From: an uncultured Anaerolineae bacterium
Lineage (GTDB): Bacteria; Chloroflexota; Anaerolineae; JAFGEY01
DNA: 64,000 nt
Assembly (NCBI GenBank): GCA_964449465.1
Contig: CAYVBK010000015.1
Location: forward strand, 1 to 64,000
Reading direction: 5' to 3'
In this document: in pieces, positions 35,354 to 46,773 of the stretch
Position numbering within the stretch: the stretch's first letter is position 1
Layout of the letters: each line of letters begins with the position of its first letter
The notes under the pieces: generated by a model
Told to the model about the DNA's origin: nothing
Databases searched by the model: none
The model's input: the letters and a program-made list of their open reading frames with translations, nothing else
Position numbers and translations under genes: made by a program

Positions 35354-36670
35354 TCAATTTGTCTGTTTCAAGACCAGCGGCAGGTTGATGTCGTGCCGCA
35401 TGTGCGAAATGGTGATATGATGCGTGGCCGTGATCGATCCAACACCGCCACAGTTTTGCACCCACAGGCTCAGTGTATAGGCGCCGGGGGTATCCCAGCG
35501 ATAAGCGGCAGTTGAGCTGTTCTGACCGCTGTAGGGCGGCGATGACCAGGTGTAGGTGATGGGCGTTGTAGCCGAGACGGGAGAAACGGCCGCCGTGAAC
35601 AGGGTCAGCGTGTTGGTAAACCCGACGGTCGGGCCATTGATGCTGAGACCGGCGACCGGGACACAAACGCTGCTATTTTTCCAGCGGTTGTAAAAAACGT
35701 TGAGCAACGGCACAAACTCAGCGGTGGCCTTGCGCTGGCCGTTGGTCATCGGGTGGCTGTCATACCAATCGGGACCGGCCGAGTAGGATGGATAGGCCGA
35801 CAAGTTGTTGTTGATGGTTTGCGGGTGGACGATCTGGCTGCCGTTCCAATAGTGATGATTGCCATCGGGTCGCCGGGCATGGTCATGAGGTTCGTCGGTC
35901 ACGCTGGGGTCGTCTATGCGCGTGGAACTGCCGTTGGAGGTGAGAACATTGTAATAATCAAACACAGCCACATTGTGATAGGGATAACCCGCCAGCCAGT
36001 CGTTGACCAGCCAGTTGTTGAACGCGCGGGCGTTGGCAGCGTTGGCAGCGGTGGTTTCGCCGGCGGCCAGCGGCGGCGCGGTGATGACCACAAACAGCTT
36101 GTCCTGGCGAGTTTGAAAATAGGTCAGCAGATTGATGTACACGGCTTGGGCGTTGGCCACCGAGTATTCCCAATCGTTGGGTTCGCTCAGCGGCGGGTCA
36201 TCGGGGTTGCCTTCCAGGTTTGAGTTGGGAAAGCAGGATTTGAACATGATGATGATATTTTCGCCGCCCGGATCGGCAGGCAGCCGCGACCAGGAGCCGA
36301 AACCGCCGATATTTTGGCCGTTTTCGTGGTACAGGGCGTTCAAATAAGTGGCGCTATTCTCACCTGTAAACCATTCGGGCCAGTTGGGGATGTCGGTGCG
36401 ACTGCCGATGCTGTCTGGTCCCCAGTCATAGTTGGTGGCGCTGACGTAATAATTGTTGACCATCAATGCCTGCCCCAACTCGCCGGCCTGGTCGTGTTCG
36501 TCTAGATCGGCCAGCCAATGGCCGCCGGTAGAATGGTGGATGAAAATCAGCTTGACCGGCGTCGCGGGCGGGTTGGGGTTGTCGGCCAGCCGATGCCCGG
36601 CGGCCGGCGCGCGGCCTGCAACCATCCACATCAACAGACACAGCAACACGCCTACCTTGAATTTGTTCAC
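35354..36670 (-). CDS. Secreted hypothetical protein, tandem paralog of 33612..35339, with a C-terminal PKD-like domain.
   Basis: GTG start at 36670 lies 8 nt after GAAGGAGG. Shares the NPNPPATPVKLIFIHHSTGGHWLAD core. C-terminal ..ITYTWSSPPYSGQNSSTAAYRWDTPGAYTLSLWVQNCGG.. is PKD-like. Confidence 0.5.
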   Translation of the reverse strand: MNKFKVGVLLCLLMWMVAGRAPAAGHRLADNPNPPATPVKLIFIHHSTGGHWLADLDEHDQAGELGQALMVNNYYVSATNYDWGPDSIGSRTDIPNWPEWFTGENSATYLNALYHENGQNIGGFGSWSRLPADPGGENIIIMFKSCFPNSNLEGNPDDPPLSEPNDWEYSVANAQAVYINLLTYFQTRQDKLFVVITAPPLAAGETTAANAANARAFNNWLVNDWLAGYPYHNVAVFDYYNVLTSNGSSTRIDDPSVTDEPHDHARRPDGNHHYWNGSQIVHPQTINNNLSAYPSYSAGPDWYDSHPMTNGQRKATAEFVPLLNVFYNRWKNSSVCVPVAGLSINGPTVGFTNTLTLFTAAVSPVSATTPITYTWSSPPYSGQNSSTAAYRWDTPGAYTLSLWVQNCGGVGSITATHHITISHMRHDINLPLVLKQTN

Positions 36671-36692
36671 CTTGTCAGCCTCCTTCAAGTAG

Positions 36693-38315
36693 CTATTCTG
36701 TTGGCGTCGCAGAAAGTATAATCCATTGAACGGTATACGCGCCGATTTCGATCGCTGCCTGCGCCGGTTCAAAAGAGCGATTCACCAGGCCAGCATCATC
36801 AACCTGACTCATAGCCGACACAGCAACAAGATGACCATCCGACCCAACAAGCTGCCACGAGACCGATGAGTCGGTAAGATTGGTCAGCAAGACGGCCGTC
36901 TCCCCTTGCTCGTTCTGACCGGCCAGTCCCCACAGCGAACAGCCTTTGGGTATGGTCATAGACAGACGTTCTGTATAGTTGCTCATCCTGGCCCACAAAC
37001 CAAAAGCCAGTGCCGTTTGCTTGGGACGTCCATCGGCGTAAAACAGGCCATAAAAGGTGGGAATGTCTAGTGCAGGGTCTATGCCGCGATACAGAGTCGA
37101 GGCTGTCACACCATGCTGTTGCATCACTACCCATGCTGCTGTCAAGATAGCCGCTCCTTTGCCACCGGTGCGCAGTGCCATCGCCTCGGCAGACCGGTCG
37201 CCTTCCTGAATGCTGGTGTTCCATTCGGTGATATGTAGCTCGGTGGTCTGGTATCCCCGCCGATCTAACTCGTGACGCAAAAATATAATCCCATTTTCGT
37301 ATTCATACGGATCGTTGGAATAGATATGAAAAGAGAAAAAGTCGAGTGGAACACTGCTCTGGCGCAGTGCATCGAGCAAGCCTAGCGTAAACTGCTTTCC
37401 TTGTGGAGAAATCACAGCCGATGGCGCCAGTCCCGGCCCACCGATGGACAGGTTAGGAAATTCAGCTTGGAGAGCGACGGCAGTGCGGACAAATAAATTA
37501 TAAAATTCCTGTGGCGTACCATCCCAAAACTGTTGGTGATTGGGCTCATTCCAGATTTCGACATGACGCAACACATTGGCCACGCCGGGCTTGCCCCACT
37601 GCGTTGGGTCGTTATAGTGACGCACCACATATAGAGCTGCCTGTATCCAATGTTCCGGATGAGTCGGTTTGCGCGGGTCGGCTCGAGGAAAAGATGGGCC
37701 ATTGTTCCAGGAATCGCCAATGCGCAGATATGGCTCAAATCCGGCCTCGATCAAGGCGCGAAAGGCCTGATCGCTGGCCTTAAAATCAAAAGAGGCCGGA
37801 TCGGTTGGATCTGCCGTTTGATCGGGATAGATGGTAGCCATGTCCAGTGGTCCATAATAATCGTGCGTGCGGATCATATTGATGCCGATCTGACGATAAG
37901 CAGCTACCAGGTCGGGGCGGCCGGGTAATTTGGCTGCGTCGGGCAGCACATTGATGCCCAGCAAAGGACGAATCGGCGAATCGGGCAGAGTCGGACCGAG
38001 AACCAACTCACAATCAGCCTGAACAGCCGCCGGCGAAGGAACAGCCGTCGGCGAAGGAACGGCCGTCGGCAGTTTGGGACAGTCCTGGGGACAAAGGGTC
38101 GGATTTTGCTTTTCTCGTTGATCGCACACACCGTCGCCGCACCGCCCCGGCGCAGATGTCGGTGTACTGGTTAGAGTACTTGTCGGTGCATCAACCGGTA
38201 CATGAAAAGGGGGGGCGGTTGGCGCACAACCTGAAAACACCCCAATTGCCCCAATCAACACTAGAATGTAGGATAGCCTTTTTATCCTGGTACATTTTGG
38301 AAATGCTATGGACAT
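36693..38315 (-). CDS. Glycoside hydrolase lipoprotein (clan GH-A TIM barrel; GH39/GH5-like).
   Basis: Lipobox VFSGC. Catalytic acid motif HVEIWNEPN and a downstream ITEWN (nucleophile region). SD GGGAGGT before the ATG at 38315. Confidence 0.65.
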   Translation of the reverse strand: MSIAFPKCTRIKRLSYILVLIGAIGVFSGCAPTAPPFHVPVDAPTSTLTSTPTSAPGRCGDGVCDQREKQNPTLCPQDCPKLPTAVPSPTAVPSPAAVQADCELVLGPTLPDSPIRPLLGINVLPDAAKLPGRPDLVAAYRQIGINMIRTHDYYGPLDMATIYPDQTADPTDPASFDFKASDQAFRALIEAGFEPYLRIGDSWNNGPSFPRADPRKPTHPEHWIQAALYVVRHYNDPTQWGKPGVANVLRHVEIWNEPNHQQFWDGTPQEFYNLFVRTAVALQAEFPNLSIGGPGLAPSAVISPQGKQFTLGLLDALRQSSVPLDFFSFHIYSNDPYEYENGIIFLRHELDRRGYQTTELHITEWNTSIQEGDRSAEAMALRTGGKGAAILTAAWVVMQQHGVTASTLYRGIDPALDIPTFYGLFYADGRPKQTALAFGLWARMSNYTERLSMTIPKGCSLWGLAGQNEQGETAVLLTNLTDSSVSWQLVGSDGHLVAVSAMSQVDDAGLVNRSFEPAQAAIEIGAYTVQWIILSATPTE

Positions 38316-38728
38316 GGATACCTCCCATTGTAAATCTCGATTTCGCTACCATCCTTGTTCAACCAGACCCCCAACGAATCGCCGATGGGGGTGCGGTAGA
38401 ATTCGGCCACCAGTTTGACCCGGCCCTGCGGTCCTGTGAGGTGGGTGGAAAAGCGGCCCTGGCGCAGCCCGCCGCCACTCTCAAAATACGATGTCCAGGC
38501 CAACAGACCCGGCTGCAATGGCTCACCGGCCACCTCTGCCACCGCCGCGCTGGAGCGGGCCACTTGCAGCACACAACGGTATTCGGGCGTGGTCTTGATC
38601 GAAAAGCCGAACACGCCCAGCAAGATCAGCGGGACAAAGGCAAACAGTGCGATAAAGACCAATATGCGCCAACAGCCACGCAGCGCGCTTTGCAAAGTGA
38701 GTTGGGGTTGCCCAGAGGCCGGGTTCAT
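38306..38728 (-). CDS. Hypothetical small membrane-anchored protein.
   Basis: ATG at 38728 follows GGAGAG. One TM segment (ILVFIALFAFVPLILLGVFGF). Overlaps its neighbours by a few nt, which suggests an operon. Confidence 0.4.
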   Translation of the reverse strand: MNPASGQPQLTLQSALRGCWRILVFIALFAFVPLILLGVFGFSIKTTPEYRCVLQVARSSAAVAEVAGEPLQPGLLAWTSYFESGGGLRQGRFSTHLTGPQGRVKLVAEFYRTPIGDSLGVWLNKDGSEIEIYNGRYPCP

Positions 38729-40233
38729 TGCACTCTCCACACATGCACCACCGGTTTGGCCTCATCGGCGAACAGTTCCAGCACGTACAGCAGACCGTTC
38801 TGCCGGTCATAGGCCACATCGCCGATGCGCGCCCGACGCTGATCGCCCCAACCCAGATCGATCTCTTCCCACTCGGGTGGGTTGAGGTAAAGGTGTTCAT
38901 CAATGTCAATCACGGCATACGGCTGCGGCCGCCACGGTTCAATCTCGCCGGCAGCAACGCGGGCCAGATCGTCCGGATCATAGAGGATAAACTGCGCATC
39001 AAAGCGAGTCGTCCACCACCCCCGATTGCTGACACACGTGCCTGCATCCTCATCACAGCACCCGTCAAAATTCTCCGATGGACAGGCAGAACCGTCGGCC
39101 TGACGGCAGGTAATAAAATCGGTCACATGGTCGTCCACGCAAGGATACTGCGAGCCGGCCGGGTTGATATAGCCGTACCAGTATTTCGTGCCAGCACTCT
39201 TGGTGCCGGCAAAAAGCACCGCCGCCTTGCCAGATGGAGCATCCATCCACGCTCCACCTTCCCAAGCATCAGGGTGTTGATAGCCATCCAGGCAGCGAAC
39301 GATATCTTGAGTATTGTAGGCATTTTCGTAGAGCAGCAAGGTCGTCTCTGCCAGGCGTGTGCCCGGCGGCGACGCGTCGCCGCCGGACAGCCAGGGACGG
39401 TAGGCAAAAAGAGATGGACCCATGCCACCCTGACCGCCATCGCGCATGCGGCCGGTAGCCAAAACACGACCTTGGGTGTGAGCATCGGCCCACTCGGCGG
39501 GGATATCAAACATGTAGGCGTTGGTGCTGTAGAGATTTTGACTACCGATGAACCACACTCCTTGCAGGTTGGGTGCGGCCAGGTTGGCACTAAACCAGGC
39601 ATGAGATGGCTCATTTTCGGGCTGAAGGTGCTGTCCCCAGCAAAGGTGGACCAGAGGGCCGGTGAGGGGATGGTTGAGATATTGCATCCCGACCTTGGGG
39701 ATTTCCTCCAGGTTGGCAAAATAACCGTGCGTGACATCGGCAAAGTTTTGGATAAAGGCCGCCTGGGGCAGATCGGCGGGGTTGCTGGCGATAACGGGAA
39801 TGGGGATGTTGACTTCAGCCACCTGATCACCGTCTGGCAGATCGCCATAAGGCTGCCGGTCGTGCCCGGTGATGAACAGCGAGCCGGGGTGCGTATTGGT
39901 TGTTGCCGCCGGGCCGTCGGGGTTAAAGGTTATGGCATTGCCGCCATAGGCAAACGTGCGCGGCGGCCCCTCGTCGCCGGGCAGGCGAAACGCGCCCAGG
40001 TAGGTCAGATCGGCAGGCATCACCCGACCAGGCGAATGGCTACGGGTCACGACAGGCAGGTACGTGGTGGGGGTCACAGTTTGCGCCGGCCAGATAGCAG
40101 TGGGAGAGGATCGTGCCACATCAACATCGGTTTCAGCAGGCAAAACGGGATCGCCCGACGCGCAGGCACAGATAGCCATGATCACACACAGGCCAAACCC
40201 AGACAAAACAGCAGGTAGATGGCGATGTTTCAT
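38725..40233 (-). CDS. Hypothetical lipoprotein, 502 aa, Cys-rich C-terminal region.
   Basis: ATG at 40233 follows SD AGGAGG. Lipobox IMAICAC. No family recognised. Confidence 0.5.
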   Translation of the reverse strand: MKHRHLPAVLSGFGLCVIMAICACASGDPVLPAETDVDVARSSPTAIWPAQTVTPTTYLPVVTRSHSPGRVMPADLTYLGAFRLPGDEGPPRTFAYGGNAITFNPDGPAATTNTHPGSLFITGHDRQPYGDLPDGDQVAEVNIPIPVIASNPADLPQAAFIQNFADVTHGYFANLEEIPKVGMQYLNHPLTGPLVHLCWGQHLQPENEPSHAWFSANLAAPNLQGVWFIGSQNLYSTNAYMFDIPAEWADAHTQGRVLATGRMRDGGQGGMGPSLFAYRPWLSGGDASPPGTRLAETTLLLYENAYNTQDIVRCLDGYQHPDAWEGGAWMDAPSGKAAVLFAGTKSAGTKYWYGYINPAGSQYPCVDDHVTDFITCRQADGSACPSENFDGCCDEDAGTCVSNRGWWTTRFDAQFILYDPDDLARVAAGEIEPWRPQPYAVIDIDEHLYLNPPEWEEIDLGWGDQRRARIGDVAYDRQNGLLYVLELFADEAKPVVHVWRVQ

Positions 40234-40292
40234 ACAAAAATCCTCCTATCACCGGGACAGACTTGTGCCAGCCTGAGCAGATCACTTGCAGT

Positions 40293-40654
40293 TCGCTCAT
40301 TTTTTCCAGAGTTTTTGAAATTGCCCGATCATATTTGACCATAGCTTTTTATGTCAAGGGGCCAGCCTCTTGACATACCCTGTCGGGGATGCTTGACCCC
40401 CCGAACCCCCCGAAAACCGGGGTGTGTTCTGTCGTCGCAGACCAGGCAAGGGCAATAGCTAGACATAAGAACGGATTTTCCCTGGTTTTCAGCCCCTGCT
40501 GACAGAATGTGGGTGGTTTTTGGGGGGTCGTAGGGGGTGAGGTTGCCCCCTACAGTGAAATGGGCATCAGTCCTTTTTCAGACGGCAGTTCATAAAACAT
40601 CGTTTTTAATCTAAAAGGTTTTTATATGTCCATCAAAAATGAACGAACCAAAAG
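40293..40654. repeat. Duplicated ~360 bp structured element, copy 2.
   Basis: About 90% identical to 8188..8548, including the MVKYDRAISkTLEKMSE start. Here the downstream ORF degenerates and runs into the 3' end of gene 38725..40233. Confidence 0.6.
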
Positions 40655-40661
40655 GATCAAG

Positions 40662-43600
40662 TTATGGATACTGTTTTGTGACCAGCGGTAAATAAAGACG
40701 GGAGCGGGTACTCAACGCAATGTTTTCGGCAGGTGTAGCTTGCGAATCATACAGCACATAGCCTACCACCACATAGTCCTCCCCGATGGCACCTGTCGTA
40801 TTCCAAACCGGATTAAAACTAATTTGCTGGCCCACACCAAGATTGACAAACTCGTGACTCAAATTCTGAATCCATGTTCCGTTCTCGTCATACACATGGA
40901 TGACGGCCGTACCACTGATCGGCACACTGCCATTGTTACGCCATGTCAGCGAAAGAGCCACAGTGTCACCGATACCAAAGAGCGTCGGAGCAGCAACAAG
41001 GGCCATCACCTCAACGGAGACAATGCCTATCCGAAATTCCACCGTCTCACGATCAAGCACATGACCGGCTGCATCTGTTATTTCGACCTCGATGGCGTAA
41101 TCGCCGGCGGCCGCGCCGCTACTGTCCCACTGGAGCGACCAGGAGGCTGTGCCAGTGAGATCGGGCAGCGATTGGAGCAGCAAACCATCTATTTGCTGGC
41201 CGGCCTGCTTTTTGACCACTGCCGCCACAATCACATCCTGGGCGTCACCGACATGTTCGATGGACAGTTCGGCAGAAACCTTGTCGCCCTGGTCATAAAC
41301 ACTTGCATCGAGAGTGATGTCGGCGATTTGGACGCTGGACGAAATGACCGAAACAGTCAGGCTGTAATTTTGATAAAACCACACATTGGTGGTCGCTGCA
41401 TTGTAATAAAAAGGATACACCTTGATCACACAAGTCTCTGAGCCGTCGGGATTGTCGCGCACCGACCAGTCCATCACCCAGTCTAGCGGTGGCCACCAGG
41501 CCGCGTCGGCATCCAGGTGCAGCGAGGTCACCGCCGGCGCAGCAAGGCTTGCCAGCGAATCGGTAGACACGCTGGTCATGGTCAGGCTCAGGCCGGTGGT
41601 TGTGGTCAGGCCAGAGCGAGCAGTCAACTCGACCCCCTGCACACGATAGCCCGGTGCGTAATCCACCTCGTACACCCAAATCGGCACGACCGGGTGGTCT
41701 TTTTCCAAAAGCAGGCTCCCCCCCTGTCCGGGAATGTAGGCTGTGTGTTCGCCTTGAATGGTAGATGTGACCTCGTAAGCAGGAACAATCAGGTTGATGG
41801 TCGTGATCGGCGCGGTAACGGCCATCGGCGCGGCAGTGCACAAACCCACCAGCGACGGTGTGAGATCGTATTTGGGGTCGCCATAGAGGTTATATTCGGC
41901 GGCCCAATACCAGCCTTCTGCGCCATCGAGGTGACGCCTGAGCGCTCGAAACGACTGCCCAATTGATTCGGAACTGTCGGCCCAGCGATCAAAGAACCAC
42001 TCTGATGAGGCATTATTCTGGCTGCGATTCGAGTTCTCGGTGGATCCGATGTAGACACCGGCCTCGTTTTGCAAAAAAGACTCGGCGATGCCGTTGGTGC
42101 CCAAAGCCTCGTACCGTCCGGCCTGACAGCAGCAGGCAAAGACAAACGGTTTACGCTCTCCGAAATTCAGAGGAAACTGGCTGGTGCCGATCACTCCCGA
42201 CCAGGCAAAGGCATTGCAGTGATCGCGATAATAGATCAGGTCTCGGCCCCCAGGCAAAATGCTGGTGGTAAAGACATGGGTCATGTTGAGGCCATCTACA
42301 TCCTCCACAATTCGCTTTTTGATCGCGGTGATATTAGAGACAAAGGGGCTACCCAGCGTGCGCAAAATACGCGCCACACGATCCAGGTTGCTTTCAAACT
42401 GGCTCACGCCATCGCCGCGCCCGCTCGCCAGCAGCGCCCGCGATTTGGTGAAATGATAGTCTGGCTCGTCGTGATATACCCGAATGCTGGTGCGCAACGG
42501 GGTGATCAACTCGCGCGCATTGTTTCCCACCACCCGCCCGACGATCAGCTCTGGGTCCACCCAGTCGCCGCTGGTGTTGCCATAGGGCAGGTCGGTATAA
42601 TTCACCGTGCCAATGTCGGGATGCCTGGATGTCCATGCGCCGAGTATCTCTACTTCGCCCACCAGCAGCAAATAGCCGTTGGACAGAAAATGGTCGGCCA
42701 GACTGTCGCTGCCGCGCATCCCATCCCCCCATGCCCGAACCTGCCCAAGTACACTGTCGGCATCTTGCACAGCCAGGTACCCCAAAACACCGAGCTTGAG
42801 TTGGGCCAACTCGGCCATAGTCGAAAGCAGTTCATCTACATCGTCGCGCGCGCCGGGGTTGTTCAAAATCAAATTTCTGGGATGCGTGACGATCAAATAA
42901 TCGGATGCGGCTCTGGCTTCACCCACCTCTGTTTCCAGTGGTTCAGGCCGGTCAAACCGCCAACGGCAAAAATCGCCTTGATCCCAGATTTTGACCTCAT
43001 CACGCAAACCGGCGCCATAGCCAAATGTGTCTGAATTGTCATACAAGATCGGCACGGCCAGGTAGGAAATGACCAACTCTCCACCGGGTGGCAGCATCAG
43101 CGGGCCGGCGCCGTCAAACACATCAATCTCGACATCGCAATGTTGAGTTTCGACCCAGTATTCGGGAACCACCCGATAGTGAGCCGAGTCGGTAATGATG
43201 GCCTGAAACCCGGACACGTTGTCGCGGATGTGAGTGAGGCCGGCCGAGCCGGTGCCCGAGTTTTCCAGCGTCAACGTCACCCGCACATAGTTATCCTGGC
43301 GAACCACGCTGCGGGTGAGGTCCAGGCTGGGCGTGCCGCGCACCACGTTCAACCTGCGCACAGTGCCCAGACTGCTGCCATCCTGGGCAAACGCCCGCAC
43401 CTCGATAGTGTGTGTGCCTATGCCTAAACCGCCCACATTCCAGGTATAAGTATGATCAAAATTGTGATCGGTGGGTGGACGCCAGGTATGCACCACCACG
43501 TCGCCCACCTCAAACTCGACCCGATCCACCGCATGTTCCACGTCGGCGCAGCGCATATCGTCGATCAAAGGCACCCATGAACATTCCCACTCGTCTTTTG

Positions 43601-45131
43601 AAGCATGCACCGAAATGTCCATCGTGCTGCCGGCCGGCAGCGTACCGCCGGCCGTGTCTACATAACGGGTACGGTCGTAACGCGGCCACACATCCAGGTT
43701 GATGTCGGGCGGTTCATAAGGGGGCATATAGAATACCGAGGTTTGAACCTGGCCGGCTGCGCTGTAGGCGCGGGCCATAAAGGTGTGCGTCACGCTGAAA
43801 AAACTCGAACGGCTCAGGTTCATTTTGGCCGGATTCAGAGCAACTTGAAACTGCGCCGCAGCCATTTCGGGCATCACACCATCACCCATCTGCGCCGCAA
43901 CCGGGCCGGGTGCATAGTCACTGCCGATCAGGTGACCATCCATATAAAATTCGACCCGGCGCGTCCCCAATGGGTTATTCACCCAAACCGACACGTCATA
44001 AAATTCTTTGGCTCCGGCCATTCGGCTGATGGTGAATGAGGACAAAGTGGGGCTTGTCACCGTCGAGGCCGCCGTTTCAAAGAATCTGTCGGCACTGATT
44101 GCCGTGTTGCCCGATGCGTCGGTAGATTCGACCCGATAGCGATACACCGTCGCCGGCACAAGGCTGGTGAGTTGAATCTGGTGCGTGGTGACAAAAAGGG
44201 CACCGCCGACCTGGCCCTCAAAAGTATCGGCGTAGCGGCCAAACCGCACCAGGCTGTTGCCGGGCTCCTGAGTCGTCCAGGAAATTGTAGCTCCGGTGGC
44301 GAGAATGTTTGAGGCATTGGGGCCAGAAATGATCTGCGGCGGAGTGGTATCGCAAGACCATGTTTCGGCGCGGTCATTGTTGTTCTCATTCCCCTCGATC
44401 ACCAGATTTTGCATATCGGTTTTTACAATCAGCGCATCAGCCGAGCCAGAACACTGCCAGGGGGGCGTAAAACAGCGGTTGATCCGCTCGCCTGGCCCCA
44501 GAGGGCTGCTCACCGTGTCACTCGCCCAGGATTGACCATCTACGCTCAGCGAGGTCAAGTGCCCTCCTGGCGCGGTTTGCTCGCCAATGTTCTGCACCTG
44601 GTAACAAATTTTGCCGCTCTCTGGCCACACATCTACCGGAATCAGATCAGGCGGCTCTAGCAGAGTTAGAGCCAGCGTATAGGATGCGCCCAGACTATAC
44701 GCATCCTGATTGCCGTAGACCAGCGCATAGTAATCGCCGCTGATGGTGGCCGTCGTGGTAATAGATTCGGCTGTTTTTCCGCCGTTTGTCGAACAAGCCA
44801 TTTGTCCCTGCGACGGATTGAACAGGCACAGGTTATAATCGTCGGGCAGGTTGTCGAGATCGAGTTGAATCTGCTCGCCCGCCTGAACCGAAAACTTGAA
44901 ATAATCTTCATCGTTGGCCGCGCAGATATAGCTGTTGAGCGCGCCCGGCGAGATGAACCAGGCATTGGCAAAGCCGTCATTCGGTTCATAGACATCCGGG
45001 CACTGTTGCAGCAGGTCGGTCTCTGAAAAAGTGAGGGCTGCTCCGGCCGACACACTCCAACTGCTCTCCAGCAGGACCAGAATCATCAAAAACCTCATCC
45101 CAAAACGGAATGGCCTGATTGCTTGCATCAT
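40662..45131 (-). CDS. Giant secreted protein (1489 aa) with an N-terminal PPC domain, a fibronectin-III-like domain and a putative caspase-like (gingipain-type, clan CD) cysteine peptidase domain.
   Basis: Signal peptide present. PPC segment YEPNDGFANAWFISPGALNSYICAANDEDYFKFSVQAGEQIQLDLDNLPDDYNLCLF. FN3-like PPQIISGPNASNILATGATISWTT. His/Cys pair ..DHCNAFAWSG..~30 aa..FVFACCCQAGRY.. is tentatively a peptidase. Confidence 0.55.
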   Translation of the reverse strand: MMQAIRPFRFGMRFLMILVLLESSWSVSAGAALTFSETDLLQQCPDVYEPNDGFANAWFISPGALNSYICAANDEDYFKFSVQAGEQIQLDLDNLPDDYNLCLFNPSQGQMACSTNGGKTAESITTTATISGDYYALVYGNQDAYSLGASYTLALTLLEPPDLIPVDVWPESGKICYQVQNIGEQTAPGGHLTSLSVDGQSWASDTVSSPLGPGERINRCFTPPWQCSGSADALIVKTDMQNLVIEGNENNNDRAETWSCDTTPPQIISGPNASNILATGATISWTTQEPGNSLVRFGRYADTFEGQVGGALFVTTHQIQLTSLVPATVYRYRVESTDASGNTAISADRFFETAASTVTSPTLSSFTISRMAGAKEFYDVSVWVNNPLGTRRVEFYMDGHLIGSDYAPGPVAAQMGDGVMPEMAAAQFQVALNPAKMNLSRSSFFSVTHTFMARAYSAAGQVQTSVFYMPPYEPPDINLDVWPRYDRTRYVDTAGGTLPAGSTMDISVHASKDEWECSWVPLIDDMRCADVEHAVDRVEFEVGDVVVHTWRPPTDHNFDHTYTWNVGGLGIGTHTIEVRAFAQDGSSLGTVRRLNVVRGTPSLDLTRSVVRQDNYVRVTLTLENSGTGSAGLTHIRDNVSGFQAIITDSAHYRVVPEYWVETQHCDVEIDVFDGAGPLMLPPGGELVISYLAVPILYDNSDTFGYGAGLRDEVKIWDQGDFCRWRFDRPEPLETEVGEARAASDYLIVTHPRNLILNNPGARDDVDELLSTMAELAQLKLGVLGYLAVQDADSVLGQVRAWGDGMRGSDSLADHFLSNGYLLLVGEVEILGAWTSRHPDIGTVNYTDLPYGNTSGDWVDPELIVGRVVGNNARELITPLRTSIRVYHDEPDYHFTKSRALLASGRGDGVSQFESNLDRVARILRTLGSPFVSNITAIKKRIVEDVDGLNMTHVFTTSILPGGRDLIYYRDHCNAFAWSGVIGTSQFPLNFGERKPFVFACCCQAGRYEALGTNGIAESFLQNEAGVYIGSTENSNRSQNNASSEWFFDRWADSSESIGQSFRALRRHLDGAEGWYWAAEYNLYGDPKYDLTPSLVGLCTAAPMAVTAPITTINLIVPAYEVTSTIQGEHTAYIPGQGGSLLLEKDHPVVPIWVYEVDYAPGYRVQGVELTARSGLTTTTGLSLTMTSVSTDSLASLAAPAVTSLHLDADAAWWPPLDWVMDWSVRDNPDGSETCVIKVYPFYYNAATTNVWFYQNYSLTVSVISSSVQIADITLDASVYDQGDKVSAELSIEHVGDAQDVIVAAVVKKQAGQQIDGLLLQSLPDLTGTASWSLQWDSSGAAAGDYAIEVEITDAAGHVLDRETVEFRIGIVSVEVMALVAAPTLFGIGDTVALSLTWRNNGSVPISGTAVIHVYDENGTWIQNLSHEFVNLGVGQQISFNPVWNTTGAIGEDYVVVGYVLYDSQATPAENIALSTRSRLYLPLVTKQYP

Positions 45132-45165
45132 CGCACCCCTTTCTTTCCTTTGAAACGAACCATAG

Positions 45166-45330
45166 CCGAGTCCACTGAAAAAACCACCAAGAACACCAAG
45201 TACACGAAGAAAGTCAAGACTTGCATTAATTATTTCAATATTTTATTTGAACAATTTCAAGCTCAACCTGAATTTTCTTTGTGGCCTTTGTGTTCTTTGT
45301 GGTTAAATCCACCTTTTTTCAGGAGAGTCA
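45166..45330. mobile_element. Divergent MITE-like element (copy D).
   Basis: Shares the ends ccactgaaaaaacc ... tttgtggcctttgtgttctttgtgg...ccttttttcagg with the family, but has a different AT-rich interior. Confidence 0.45.
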
Positions 45331-45714
45331 TAGCTTTTCTGAAAAAAAAGTCAATTTTAACGCCGAGATGCCGAGAAACAGAGCCTCAGAGGACGCTAAA
45401 GCATCTTGAATCTTTTTGAACAACATCAAAACCCGACGTCTCGGCGTTGAGTTTTTTTCAGCGATCTCGCCAGATGAACAGGGACCAATACTCAGACCAA
45501 CTTGGGGGCCAGGATGAGCAGTGACAACAAAGCAGTTTTTGTGCTGAACGGGGAGGGTGTTGGGTTGTTGAGTGGTCGGGTGTCTGTTTCCAAGTTATCA
45601 TGATCCATCATAACACAAAAAAACCTGCATGGCAAGGCTTGACCAAAGCAGCAATATTGGGGTAGAATGAGGTATTCAGCCCATGCGCAAATCTGGCGTC
45701 AAAAGGAGCAGGCC

Positions 45715-46707
<993 letters not shown>

Positions 46708-46773
46708 TACTTGTATTCTCCGTTATCATTATGACCTGCGCCGACCGAGATTGTCGGTGCAAGAAAAGGTGAA

